A program made the position numbers and the translations under genes. Of a stretch of DNA of 64,000 bases, positions 56,117-64,000 are shown in pieces; within the stretch, counting starts at the first letter, position 1, and each line of letters opens with the position of its first letter. The notes under the pieces were generated by a model. That model was not told the DNA's origin and searched no databases. It saw only the letters and a program-made list of their open reading frames with translations. The DNA lies in IMG/VR virus record IMGVR_UViG_3300043432_000485, positions 32,001 to 96,000 of that record; one strand, 5' to 3'. Origin of the DNA: a virus (taxonomy: Duplodnaviria; Caudoviricetes).

Positions 56117-56446
56117 CTAGAGCGCTCCGTACGAACGATCTTCTGGAGGCAGGATCTCAAGCCCAGCCGGCGTGACGAAATACCCATGCTTGAACCCAGA
56201 CTGCTTCAGCTCGTCCTTGGTCGCGGGTCTCAAAACCCCCTCAAGCACCAAATGCTCTAGCAACTCCTCCACGCGGTCCAGGTCTAGACCACCACGGAGC
56301 CAAAGGGAGATAGGGCCGGCTCTCAGCATCTTGTCGGGTTCCCGACGAATGTGCTGCAGAAGAGAATCGCGCGCCAGTTTAGCCGAAGCCTCATCGCGAA
56401 GATGTGCCAATCTCACCTCACCCTTGATTAAATACAAGGATTTCAT
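56117..56446 (-). CDS. Small winged-helix-like hypothetical protein
   Basis: ATGA overlap; intact ORF. Confidence 0.55.
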   Translation of the reverse strand: MKSLYLIKGEVRLAHLRDEASAKLARDSLLQHIRREPDKMLRAGPISLWLRGGLDLDRVEELLEHLVLEGVLRPATKDELKQSGFKHGYFVTPAGLEILPPEDRSYGAL

Positions 56447-57585
56447 GACACTACCTCCACCGTTAGACCCGAAACCGGCACGTCTCTAAAACGAAATGCC
56501 TTGGACACCCCCAAATCTAGATAGAGGGTAAGATCGAAACCGGCCGCCACCTCCCAGCGCCCCCGGCGCTCCAGGGACTCACAGACATAGGACTCCTGAT
56601 GGATTCTCAGGTATGGGCCGTCGAACAACATCACAGCCGGGGATTCCTCCACCGGGAGAGTGAGCAGATGGGGGAGGGCCATCGATGTGTCTGGGTCACA
56701 GATCAGCAGAGCATCTGGAAACTCGTCCTCTAGGGTGACTTCTTGGACCGATTGCTGACAGTACGAGAAGCTGGCAACCTGCCGTGCGATGTTCCGGACC
56801 CACTGCGCCCTTACACGTTCCTTCAGTGCCGTGTAAGGATCGTGCTGAAGGTTCAAGGACAACTGATCCGTGATCGGCACAGAGGCGTGAGCAATAATTC
56901 TCAGTTCGTGCCCTGGAGTATCCTGCACAGCTGGGCAACCGGACCCATCGGTATCGATTTGACAGAGCTTCAGGAACTCACCTAGGCGCCCTGGAATCTG
57001 TTCGAGCAACAGCTGAGGCAGCTCGGAGCGCAGCCGATCTGCCAACTGCTTGCGTCCCTTGTAGGTTGCCACCAAGGTTCTGGGGTCTCCCTCTTGCTTC
57101 ATCAGCTCGGTGACAGGGCCGCGTTCCTGTAGCGCCTTAGTGACGCTGGATTCATGTCCTCGATTGAAGTTGGCTTGGACGATCGCGGACTCTATCTCTG
57201 GGCGCAGCCTAGGCGCCGGGGTGACCAGCTGATCGGTCCCCTCTCTCGCTACCGGAGGCGGCTGGTAAAAGGCGTCTTGCGGAACCTCCGCCACCGCGAA
57301 ACCTGTCTCCGCGGACACGATCATGGTCTTGGTCTTGTCCCGTTGAGAGAACTCCTCAGCTAGGAATCTGGCCACCGTAGGCAGGCCTTCTTGTTCCAGC
57401 AAGAACTCAGGGAGGGTCTCCAGCAGCTGCTGGGAAAGCATATCGGTGCTCCACTGTTCAGTGGTGGCACGGTCAAAAACGGATTGGAGTTCTGGGCTAC
57501 AGCTGATAGCGATTCGAGCGGCACGCAAGGACGCCGTGGGCGGGACGGCGAGAGCGGAGGATTGGAGTTCAACTAGGTCGGTCAT
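56443..57585 (-). CDS. Hypothetical protein
   Basis: Long ORF from MTDLVELQ overlapping the upstream gene end. Confidence 0.6.
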   Translation of the reverse strand: MTDLVELQSSALAVPPTASLRAARIAISCSPELQSVFDRATTEQWSTDMLSQQLLETLPEFLLEQEGLPTVARFLAEEFSQRDKTKTMIVSAETGFAVAEVPQDAFYQPPPVAREGTDQLVTPAPRLRPEIESAIVQANFNRGHESSVTKALQERGPVTELMKQEGDPRTLVATYKGRKQLADRLRSELPQLLLEQIPGRLGEFLKLCQIDTDGSGCPAVQDTPGHELRIIAHASVPITDQLSLNLQHDPYTALKERVRAQWVRNIARQVASFSYCQQSVQEVTLEDEFPDALLICDPDTSMALPHLLTLPVEESPAVMLFDGPYLRIHQESYVCESLERRGRWEVAAGFDLTLYLDLGVSKAFRFRDVPVSGLTVEVVS

Positions 57586-58132
57586 GCGCGGTTCGACTCC
57601 GTGTGAAGTTGTAGTGAGGGATGAAATCGTGCACCCCAGGCCACCAAAAGCCCCAGGGCTCTTTGACACGAGAACCGGTGAAGAACAAGGTCCACGCACC
57701 CCGAGTTGGGTCGAGCAGCTCCACACGATGGAAGTCGTCGGCCATGATGCGGTTGATCGAACCCGGGCGAAGCGTCCGCGTGATGACAGTTTTCGTCTTC
57801 GAGTCCCAGCGCTCCTCACGGTACCCATTGGTCAAGATCAAGCTGTAGCTCCGACGCCACGGATGGTTATGCAGGGAGGCGTCCTCATCCCCTCGATGGA
57901 AATAGTGGAGGTACACGCTTAGATACTTGTTGAGCTTCTTTTCTCTGAACCCGGCAACCCCCTCCTCATCGAAGTCATCATCCGAGCGCCCTTTGCGGAT
58001 GAGGTAGAAGCGGCTCAGGTAAGGCGCCCCCTCGTTCTCGATCGTGAACTTTGGCAGCCTGTTGCCGAGGGCTTTGCAGCCCCGGATGAGCAGGCTCTCA
58101 CTCTTCTCGAACAGCCAATTGATCGCCGACAC
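57569..58132 (-). CDS. Cupin-fold phage protein
   Basis: YLHYFHRGD....HNHPW...GY.E...FHRVEL...AWTLF. Confidence 0.7.
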   Translation of the reverse strand: MSAINWLFEKSESLLIRGCKALGNRLPKFTIENEGAPYLSRFYLIRKGRSDDDFDEEGVAGFREKKLNKYLSVYLHYFHRGDEDASLHNHPWRRSYSLILTNGYREERWDSKTKTVITRTLRPGSINRIMADDFHRVELLDPTRGAWTLFFTGSRVKEPWGFWWPGVHDFIPHYNFTRSRTAHDRPS

Positions 58133-58140
58133 CTAGCACC

Positions 58141-59688
58141 TCATACGACTGAGAATCTTCGTTCCTGTCCGCTGGGGTCAGCGGCGAAGCGCGCCCGCAC
58201 CCCATCATCCACGTCCGGGTCATAGCCGATCCACTCCAAAGTCTCGTTGATCTCGGCCACCATGGTTTTCACGATTCGTGGCTTGCGCGCTAGCTCGGCC
58301 GTGAACAGTTCCTCATCGAGCCCGCCCTTTGGGTTCTTGTGGAAGCTGGCGGTCATCGCTGCCTTGACGCATTGCTCGATCTCGCGACCCACCAGAGACT
58401 TGGAAGTCTCAGCTAGGCTGTCCAGGTTGAAGCGAGAGGGCTCTTGCCCGCGCTTCTGGAGATGGATCTTCAGAATGTCGATGCGGTCCTCCTTCGAAGG
58501 CAGGTCGAAGAACCAGCGCTCATCCATGCGGTTCACGAATTCCACGGGGAGGGTCTTGAGGGAGTTGGCAGTCATGGCCATGCAAATCTGAGACTTGGTC
58601 TCCTGCATCCAGGTGGACAAAATACCAATCGCCCTGCTCGCGGTGCCAGCATCTGTGTGGGCGGAAGACTGTCCGCCTGACAAGCTCTTCTCCGCCTCAT
58701 CGATCCACACGATGCAAGGCGCCATAGCCTCTATGACCTTGATGGCCCGATACACGTTGCCCTCGGTATCACCTACACCAGAAGACCGTAGTTTCCCCAT
58801 CTCCAGCTGGATCACGGGGAGCCCCCAGACATTACCCAGCGTCTTGATGGACAGGGATTTTCCGGTGCCCCAGATCCCAACTGCCAAGATACCCTTGGGT
58901 GGCTCCAACCCGAATGCGCGGCCTTCCGAACTCCACGCCGCTTTGGTGAGCAAGGCCCATTCCTTGAAGCGAGAGATACCGCCGATCTCTTGGAATGAGT
59001 ACTCCGACGTATCGATGTACTTGACCAGATTCGTTTTTCTCAGCTGGCGGAATCGATAGGCAGCCAAGAGACGGGGGTCCGCCGACTTCACCTTCATGAA
59101 GGTCTGGATCATGGCGGTTTGAATCTCGAACGATGTCAGTCCCTGGAACAAGGCGTCCGGTTCCTTGGGGGCATCGATCTTGAGGGAGTCACATGTGCTG
59201 GTGACGATCTGGAGAATCTCGTCAGAGCTGAGGCTGGAATCCTGGATCACTTCCGTGTACCGGGTCAGCTTCTCCGGGATCTGTTGCCGGCTACCAACAC
59301 AGATCAGGATCTTCACCGTCTGCTCATCGTTGTGGGCCTGATGCATGATGTTCATGACCCGGCGCTGGACCTGCTCATCTTTCAACCACCGGTCAGGGTC
59401 CGTAATCACGTAGACCTTGCGCTCATGCGGGGTCTCATCCTTGTAGATGGAGATGAGAGCATCGTGGATGTTCACCGTCTTGTTGTCGGTGGGGTGTGCC
59501 TTCTTCTTCCAATCGTCAATCAGGTCAGTCAAAGGGAGCAGTCCGAACGCCGAGTTGTAAACCTTGGCATTCGCGACCTTTTCCTTCAGAGCGTCCCGCA
59601 GCTGCACAAGGAACCGATCTTCCTCCTCGGTGACGAAGTAGATGAGCCGGGTTACCGCTTTCAGATGGAATTTTAGCTCTGGGAACAT
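58141..59688 (-). CDS. AAA+ ATPase (Ycf46-like)
   Basis: IGG...FK.W, PKGILAVGIWGTGKS, WIDEAEK, TAN, RMDE.WFFDLP; ATG 7 nt after CGGTGTAGT. Confidence 0.85.
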   Translation of the reverse strand: MFPELKFHLKAVTRLIYFVTEEEDRFLVQLRDALKEKVANAKVYNSAFGLLPLTDLIDDWKKKAHPTDNKTVNIHDALISIYKDETPHERKVYVITDPDRWLKDEQVQRRVMNIMHQAHNDEQTVKILICVGSRQQIPEKLTRYTEVIQDSSLSSDEILQIVTSTCDSLKIDAPKEPDALFQGLTSFEIQTAMIQTFMKVKSADPRLLAAYRFRQLRKTNLVKYIDTSEYSFQEIGGISRFKEWALLTKAAWSSEGRAFGLEPPKGILAVGIWGTGKSLSIKTLGNVWGLPVIQLEMGKLRSSGVGDTEGNVYRAIKVIEAMAPCIVWIDEAEKSLSGGQSSAHTDAGTASRAIGILSTWMQETKSQICMAMTANSLKTLPVEFVNRMDERWFFDLPSKEDRIDILKIHLQKRGQEPSRFNLDSLAETSKSLVGREIEQCVKAAMTASFHKNPKGGLDEELFTAELARKPRIVKTMVAEINETLEWIGYDPDVDDGVRARFAADPSGQERRFSVV

Positions 59689-59707
59689 ACTCATTACTAC
59701 ACCGAAG

Positions 59708-60244
59708 CTATCTGTTCTTGTGGCGGGCCAGATATTCAATTCCGGACTGCAGTACATGAGGATCCTCCTTGGCGGCCCCCAACATCAAATTACAATGTCG
59801 GTGAATCAACCCTCTCACGCACTTTCCACAAGATTTGGATTTATCGCCAGGGCAGCATTTTCTATTGTGATCCACGCAAACTGATTCAGGGCTCACTCCG
59901 CGATTCTCCATTGGTCGGTGGCAAGATGCACACAGTCCGCCTTGCTGCTCCCACATCTGGTCAAACTCTATGTGGTACCTGGCCCATAGCTCATTTCTTC
60001 TGGCACGATCTGGATTAGCAATTTTCCATGCCCTTCTTCTTGCCGAAAACTTCTCAGGGTTAGCGTCCCGCCATTTCTTCGACCTCAAGTTGTTCTTCTC
60101 TGTCTCCGCAGCTGCTCTAGCTATGTTGTCGGAGTTGGTGCACAACTTGCACATTGGCCTAGGAGCATTACCCCTTTTCTTCTGTAGATGAAAATCTGCT
60201 AGGGGCTTAGTCTCCTTACATTTGGTACATTCCTTGACGCTCAT
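59708..60244 (-). mobile_element. Endonuclease VII-like homing endonuclease
   Basis: CASC...CVDHNRKCC...VRGLIHRHCN.MLG. Confidence 0.85.
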
Positions 60245-60319
60245 GTGATACGCGTTTGATAAAACGATTACGGGTGAGACTTTCGTCCCACCCGTAAGAA
60301 ACAGTGCTATATGGCCGAA

Positions 60320-60646
60320 TTAAGCCATGTGCCACATGAGAATGATGTTGCCCTCTTGATCCGTCTGGCGCTCGTCGATCATCACGCCCTGCTTGGCGCA
60401 CTCGCTCTTGACCACCGCCTCGGAGTAGTACTGGCGAAGCATGCCCAGAGACTCCTTGGTGTGGCCGTGGTCAGAGTCACCGGAGATCATGCCGGTGTTC
60501 AGGTTCAGCACCGCGTTGGCCAAAGCCCCCGACTTGAAGTAGATGCTGTTGCCTTGGACCTGGTGATCGATGCCAGCCATTTGCAGAGCATGGAGGGCGA
60601 TGGCCTTGTCCGTGATGTTGGTTTGATTGGTGATGCGTCGTGACAT
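60320..60646 (-). CDS. DUF1257 (Ycf35-like) protein
   Basis: MSR..T.QT.ITD...L..AL...Q.Y......V..E..K.G.......D..G.I.L. Confidence 0.7.
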   Translation of the reverse strand: MSRRITNQTNITDKAIALHALQMAGIDHQVQGNSIYFKSGALANAVLNLNTGMISGDSDHGHTKESLGMLRQYYSEAVVKSECAKQGVMIDERQTDQEGNIILMWHMA

Positions 60647-60686
60647 AGCTGGTACCTTTTCTTTCAGTCGTTGGTTCTTGGGGTTG

Positions 60687-60860
60687 TTACTCTTGGAAGG
60701 TCTCGTGGACCGTATCGCAGTCCGGACCCGTTACGTCCTCGTTGGTCTGAGGACCGAGGTGCGTGGTGAGCTTGAAGACTTCCTTGCAGTCCCCGCCTTC
60801 ACGGTCGAGGACCTCCGTGACGACTTGCCCATCCTTCATGATCGTTGTTTTGCCCTTCAT
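60687..60860 (-). CDS. DUF2997-like small protein (57 aa)
   Basis: Read manually: MKGKTTIMKDGQVVTEVLDREGGDCKEVFKLTTHLG...; directly upstream of the DUF1257-like gene. Confidence 0.6.
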   Translation of the reverse strand: MKGKTTIMKDGQVVTEVLDREGGDCKEVFKLTTHLGPQTNEDVTGPDCDTVHETFQE

Positions 60861-60914
60861 GGTTTCATTCTCCGGTGAGTGGTTCGAGTAGCGTTCCTTC
60901 CTTACTACACCGAG

Positions 60915-61523
60915 TCAGGAGCCGATTTTGATCTTGGCCCCCGTTTTTACGACTTGAGCGTCTGGCACGGGGTGCGACAATGCTGGGGGAGGGGTAGCCC
61001 AGTCCTTGGCCGTGGGCTGCGCCGATTTGCCCCCTAGCATCTGGCCTTTTTTGACCGGCGTGTTGGTAGTCGCCAGCTGCGTTCTTGGGGCCAATGGCTC
61101 CTGAGGGACAGGGGGCTGAGGGGGCTCGGGTTGGGCCGCGGGCTCCGGCGCAACCACTACAGGGGGAGGGACAGGCGTCGAGACCGCCGCCGGTAAGCTC
61201 CGCGGCACCTGTATCATGGGTTTGGCTTCTAGATCCCGGGGATCTACCCAAGCGCTGGCCGTGCCAGGAGACACGGGATCGATGAGCAAGAAACGCTGCC
61301 CAGCAATCTTGCCGAACCTCTCGTCATCTGGCAACATTCTCGGCACCTTGGTGAACAGGCGTTCATGCCAATTCTGAACCCGGTCCTCGAAGCGCGTCTT
61401 GCCGTACATGCTTCGAGTGCAATCAGGGTTGACGCAGCGGGAGCAACACTCGCTCCGGAAGAGTTCTTCCGGAGCCTGCCCTAGGTTGCACTCCGCATAG
61501 AGATCAAGCTGACGCCGAGTCAT
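60915..61523 (-). CDS. Cys-rich N-terminus, Pro-rich hypothetical protein
   Basis: ECNLG...CCSRCVNPDC. Confidence 0.6.
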   Translation of the reverse strand: MTRRQLDLYAECNLGQAPEELFRSECCSRCVNPDCTRSMYGKTRFEDRVQNWHERLFTKVPRMLPDDERFGKIAGQRFLLIDPVSPGTASAWVDPRDLEAKPMIQVPRSLPAAVSTPVPPPVVVAPEPAAQPEPPQPPVPQEPLAPRTQLATTNTPVKKGQMLGGKSAQPTAKDWATPPPALSHPVPDAQVVKTGAKIKIGS

Positions 61524-64000
61524 TTTCCAAATCCGATAGGCACAAGAGATTCCGCTCAACCAGCTGTTCAATGAGTTTCTCCTTAACCACCGGAAAGCGG
61601 CCAGGCTCGATCAGGGTCACGTTCCCCACCACGTCGGTTATGTGCAAGTCGTAACCCTCGTCATTATCAATACAATCTATAATGATTCTGCATACTTGCT
61701 CGGCAGTGTGGTCGTTGAGCTTTTCCAGCCGGAGCTTCAGCACGCGGGGGTTCTGCTTGGCTCTTTGGGCCGCAGAGGTGGGCGGGCTGCTGGGCTGGCG
61801 CTGCACGACTGGCGCTGGGGAAGCCGCCACCGACTCTTTGCTCGGGGGTAGAATCGAGGTAGGCGGGACATCTCTAGGCGTTCCGCCACTCGGTTCTGTT
61901 GGAGAAGGGGTAGAGTTGGCCGAGACTACCCAGGGGGCGTCGATGATCCTGAAGACCTGCTTGGTTTCACCCTTGGACACAACCTCCTGGATGATCTCGT
62001 TCTGATCGAGGTTCTCTACGATCTCGTCCTTTTTGTTCGTCTTGGGCTTGCGAGTGAGGCTGTAGATGAAGCCGTTCATCAGAACCTCGTGCTCCTTGGG
62101 CACCTGGTCCTTGTGGGCACGCTCGGCCTTGTACCCGCTGGCCCAGTTGAACCCCACCAAGGGCTCAACCACAAGCGGCACCTGCCATTTCGGATTCTGT
62201 GGAATGCGCCACGGGGACTCCATGATGTCCACGATGATGGGCACCGCCTCAGCTACGCGATCGTTCCGAATCTCGAACACGATTTCATCGTGCACGCACA
62301 GAAGCATGCGCACCGAGTCATCCCCGCCATTGCGAAGCCAACCCATCTTATGGAACTTCTTGTGCAGCAACACCATGCTGATCTTCAGGATGTCTGCACC
62401 GGCACCCTGGATTGGGTAGTTGGTCGAGTAGCGCTCGCACGCCGAACGAACGGCGCCGTCCGGGCTGTTTGCATCCGGAATCGCCAACCAGCGCTTGAAC
62501 GCAGTGGTGACCCCGAGGTCCTCCTTGACCTTCTTGTGCTGGCGCTTGGACCACTCTATGAAGGTGGGAACTGACTTGTCGAAACCCTGCTTCCTGCGCT
62601 TGCCCTCCAGCTCATCGCAACCGGTGTTTCGCATGACTGCCTTGGGGCCACCGCCATAGATGAGCAAGAAGTTGACGATCTTGCCGACGTTACGTTCCTC
62701 TTTGCTCAGCTCCTGTTTACCGAAGATGCTGCGCCCAGTGATGGTGTGCAGGTCACCGGTGCCGTGCAGGAACTCCTTGATCCACACCTGCTCGTCAGAT
62801 ACGTTGGCTGCGATTCGCAGCTCTTCGGCCGCGTAGTCCGCCTTGACGATCGTGTATCCAGTGCGACCCACGAAACTACGGCGGACTTCCGAATCCCCTG
62901 GGATACCGTGAATCGGGATGCCGGAGTAGCCATGGTCAGGCTTGCCACCTGGGGCTGAAAACCGGCCGCTGCCTGCACCGGTCTGCTTGAAGGAAAACCG
63001 AAGCTCATCGTTCTCATCCGGATTGTTCACCAATCCCAGCAAGTACGTCCCGATGAACTTCTCCGCCTCGCGATACTCCACGATGTCCTTCAAGATCGTC
63101 GGAGCGTTCGGCAACTTGGCCAACCCTGACAGTGTATCGCCGTCGGTCTTGAATTGCTGACTAGCCTCATTCCTCTCAGGCTTCGGGCGCAAGTCCAATC
63201 CTTTGGGCAGGTCTCCGAACAGGAACTCCCCGAGCTGCTTGGGGCTGTTCGGGTCCAGGTCGGTCAAACCACGCTCTTCCAGCGCGAACTTGCGAATGCG
63301 CTCCAACAGGTCAGCCTTGAGGGCTTCCTTCTCTAGCAGGATCTCTCTGACCTTGTCCCGGGCGATCCGTACGCGGCTGCGCTCCATCGGACGCAGTGCG
63401 CATGCCACCTGCTTCTCTAGCCGGTACGTGAACGAGAACTTGTTCTTGTGGCATTCTGCAACGATGTTAGGAAGCTTGCACAAGAGGTAGGTGCAGATAG
63501 CGTCTGAACCTGCGTAGCGCAGAACGCCGGGCTCGTCCGGAGCGAGTTTGTCAAATCGAATCTCCCTGGACTTGCCGAAGAACAGCTCCTTCAACTCGAT
63601 CATTTCATATGGGTTGCCGTCCTTGTCCCGCAAGAACTGCTTGGCCTTGGGCTTCAAGCCGATGCCCTTGTCACCAGCGTTTATCACGAAGCTGGCGAGC
63701 ATCCCGCACTCGAAGGATTCCGGGTGCCACCAATCAATGCCAGTGACAGGATAGAGGAACTCCTGGTCAAACTGAGCGTTCCAGAAGTAGATCACGAGCT
63801 TGGGCGGAGAGCACTTGTACGATAGGGCGTCTTTGTCCTTGTCGTCTTGAGTACCCTCAGGGATCGCGGCATGGCACAACCTAGAGATGGCTTGCTCTAC
63901 TTCCGCCAAAGGACCCACGTTGAGATCCGGGTAACCATCATTGGGCTTATGCCGGATCGGGATGTAGAACCCGGTGTGCCCGTCGTAGGAAATACAGAAC
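61504..64000 (-). CDS. polA: Family A DNA polymerase (5' end beyond the window)
   Basis: Exonuclease FWNAQFD and YAGSDA; motif A ADYAAEELR, motif B R...K.VNF...YG, motif C VHDEI; frame stays open to 64000. Confidence 0.92.
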   Translation of the reverse strand, partial: FCISYDGHTGFYIPIRHKPNDGYPDLNVGPLAEVEQAISRLCHAAIPEGTQDDKDKDALSYKCSPPKLVIYFWNAQFDQEFLYPVTGIDWWHPESFECGMLASFVINAGDKGIGLKPKAKQFLRDKDGNPYEMIELKELFFGKSREIRFDKLAPDEPGVLRYAGSDAICTYLLCKLPNIVAECHKNKFSFTYRLEKQVACALRPMERSRVRIARDKVREILLEKEALKADLLERIRKFALEERGLTDLDPNSPKQLGEFLFGDLPKGLDLRPKPERNEASQQFKTDGDTLSGLAKLPNAPTILKDIVEYREAEKFIGTYLLGLVNNPDENDELRFSFKQTGAGSGRFSAPGGKPDHGYSGIPIHGIPGDSEVRRSFVGRTGYTIVKADYAAEELRIAANVSDEQVWIKEFLHGTGDLHTITGRSIFGKQELSKEERNVGKIVNFLLIYGGGPKAVMRNTGCDELEGKRRKQGFDKSVPTFIEWSKRQHKKVKEDLGVTTAFKRWLAIPDANSPDGAVRSACERYSTNYPIQGAGADILKISMVLLHKKFHKMGWLRNGGDDSVRMLLCVHDEIVFEIRNDRVAEAVPIIVDIMESPWRIPQNPKWQVPLVVEPLVGFNWASGYKAERAHKDQVPKEHEVLMNGFIYSLTRKPKTNKKDEIVENLDQNEIIQEVVSKGETKQVFRIIDAPWVVSANSTPSPTEPSGGTPRDVPPTSILPPSKESVAASPAPVVQRQPSSPPTSAAQRAKQNPRVLKLRLEKLNDHTAEQVCRIIIDCIDNDEGYDLHITDVVGNVTLIEPGRFPVVKEKLIEQLVERNLLCLSDLENDSASA

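Noticed and set aside
57586-57602. T-arm-like CGCGG-TTCGACT-CCGTG on the plus strand
   Set aside because: No matching acceptor stem or D arm upstream, and it lies within coding sequence on the other strand.
34-63754. Many overlapping antisense or alternate-frame ORFs in the track
   Set aside because: High GC content produces long shadow ORFs; they lack RBS, promoter motif or recognisable domains.
1-64000. Genome-wide reassignment of TAG (genetic code 15)
   Set aside because: Long genes are intact under code 11, and TAG ends several proteins at natural C-termini (NADAR 2119, nucleotidyltransferase 7495, PTH2-like 17049, lysozyme 22543).
1-64000. CRISPR array or rRNA genes
   Set aside because: No regularly spaced repeats with unique spacers and no rRNA-like sequence seen; tandem repeats found are coding (PEAKK, KPAP, CCGCCT, EVEP).

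Overview
The window reads as part of a large (jumbo-type) dsDNA bacteriophage genome with high GC content and densely packed genes on both strands. No capsid, terminase or portal genes are recognisable here, and the host cannot be named from this sequence. Recognisable genes: family A DNA polymerase (runs off the right end), thyA, dCMP deaminase, DHFR, dNMP kinase, Dam-like methyltransferase, RNase HII, ClpX, CoaD, NAD kinase, a T4-type lysozyme, an M15 peptidase, a ParB-like protein, a topoisomerase IB fused to a zincin domain, and nine HNH/EndoVII/GIY-YIG endonucleases. The most unusual signals are: (1) a tRNA with a CUA (amber) anticodon, near two otherwise intact genes that each carry one in-frame TAG, although TAG is also an ordinary stop elsewhere; (2) an NrtR-like Nudix-wHTH gene with two GT-N7-AC palindromes over its own promoter, alongside NADAR, macrodomain, SLOG and NAD kinase genes; (3) a short peptide motif, roughly (K/R)TAS..(R/K)V(A/V/T/L)xR(F/Y), at the termini or domain junctions of about eight unrelated proteins; (4) a (C)GGTGTA-led hexamer lying exactly 7 nt before at least 13 start codons, suggesting leaderless mRNAs. 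All family assignments come from motif recognition by eye; no database search was run.
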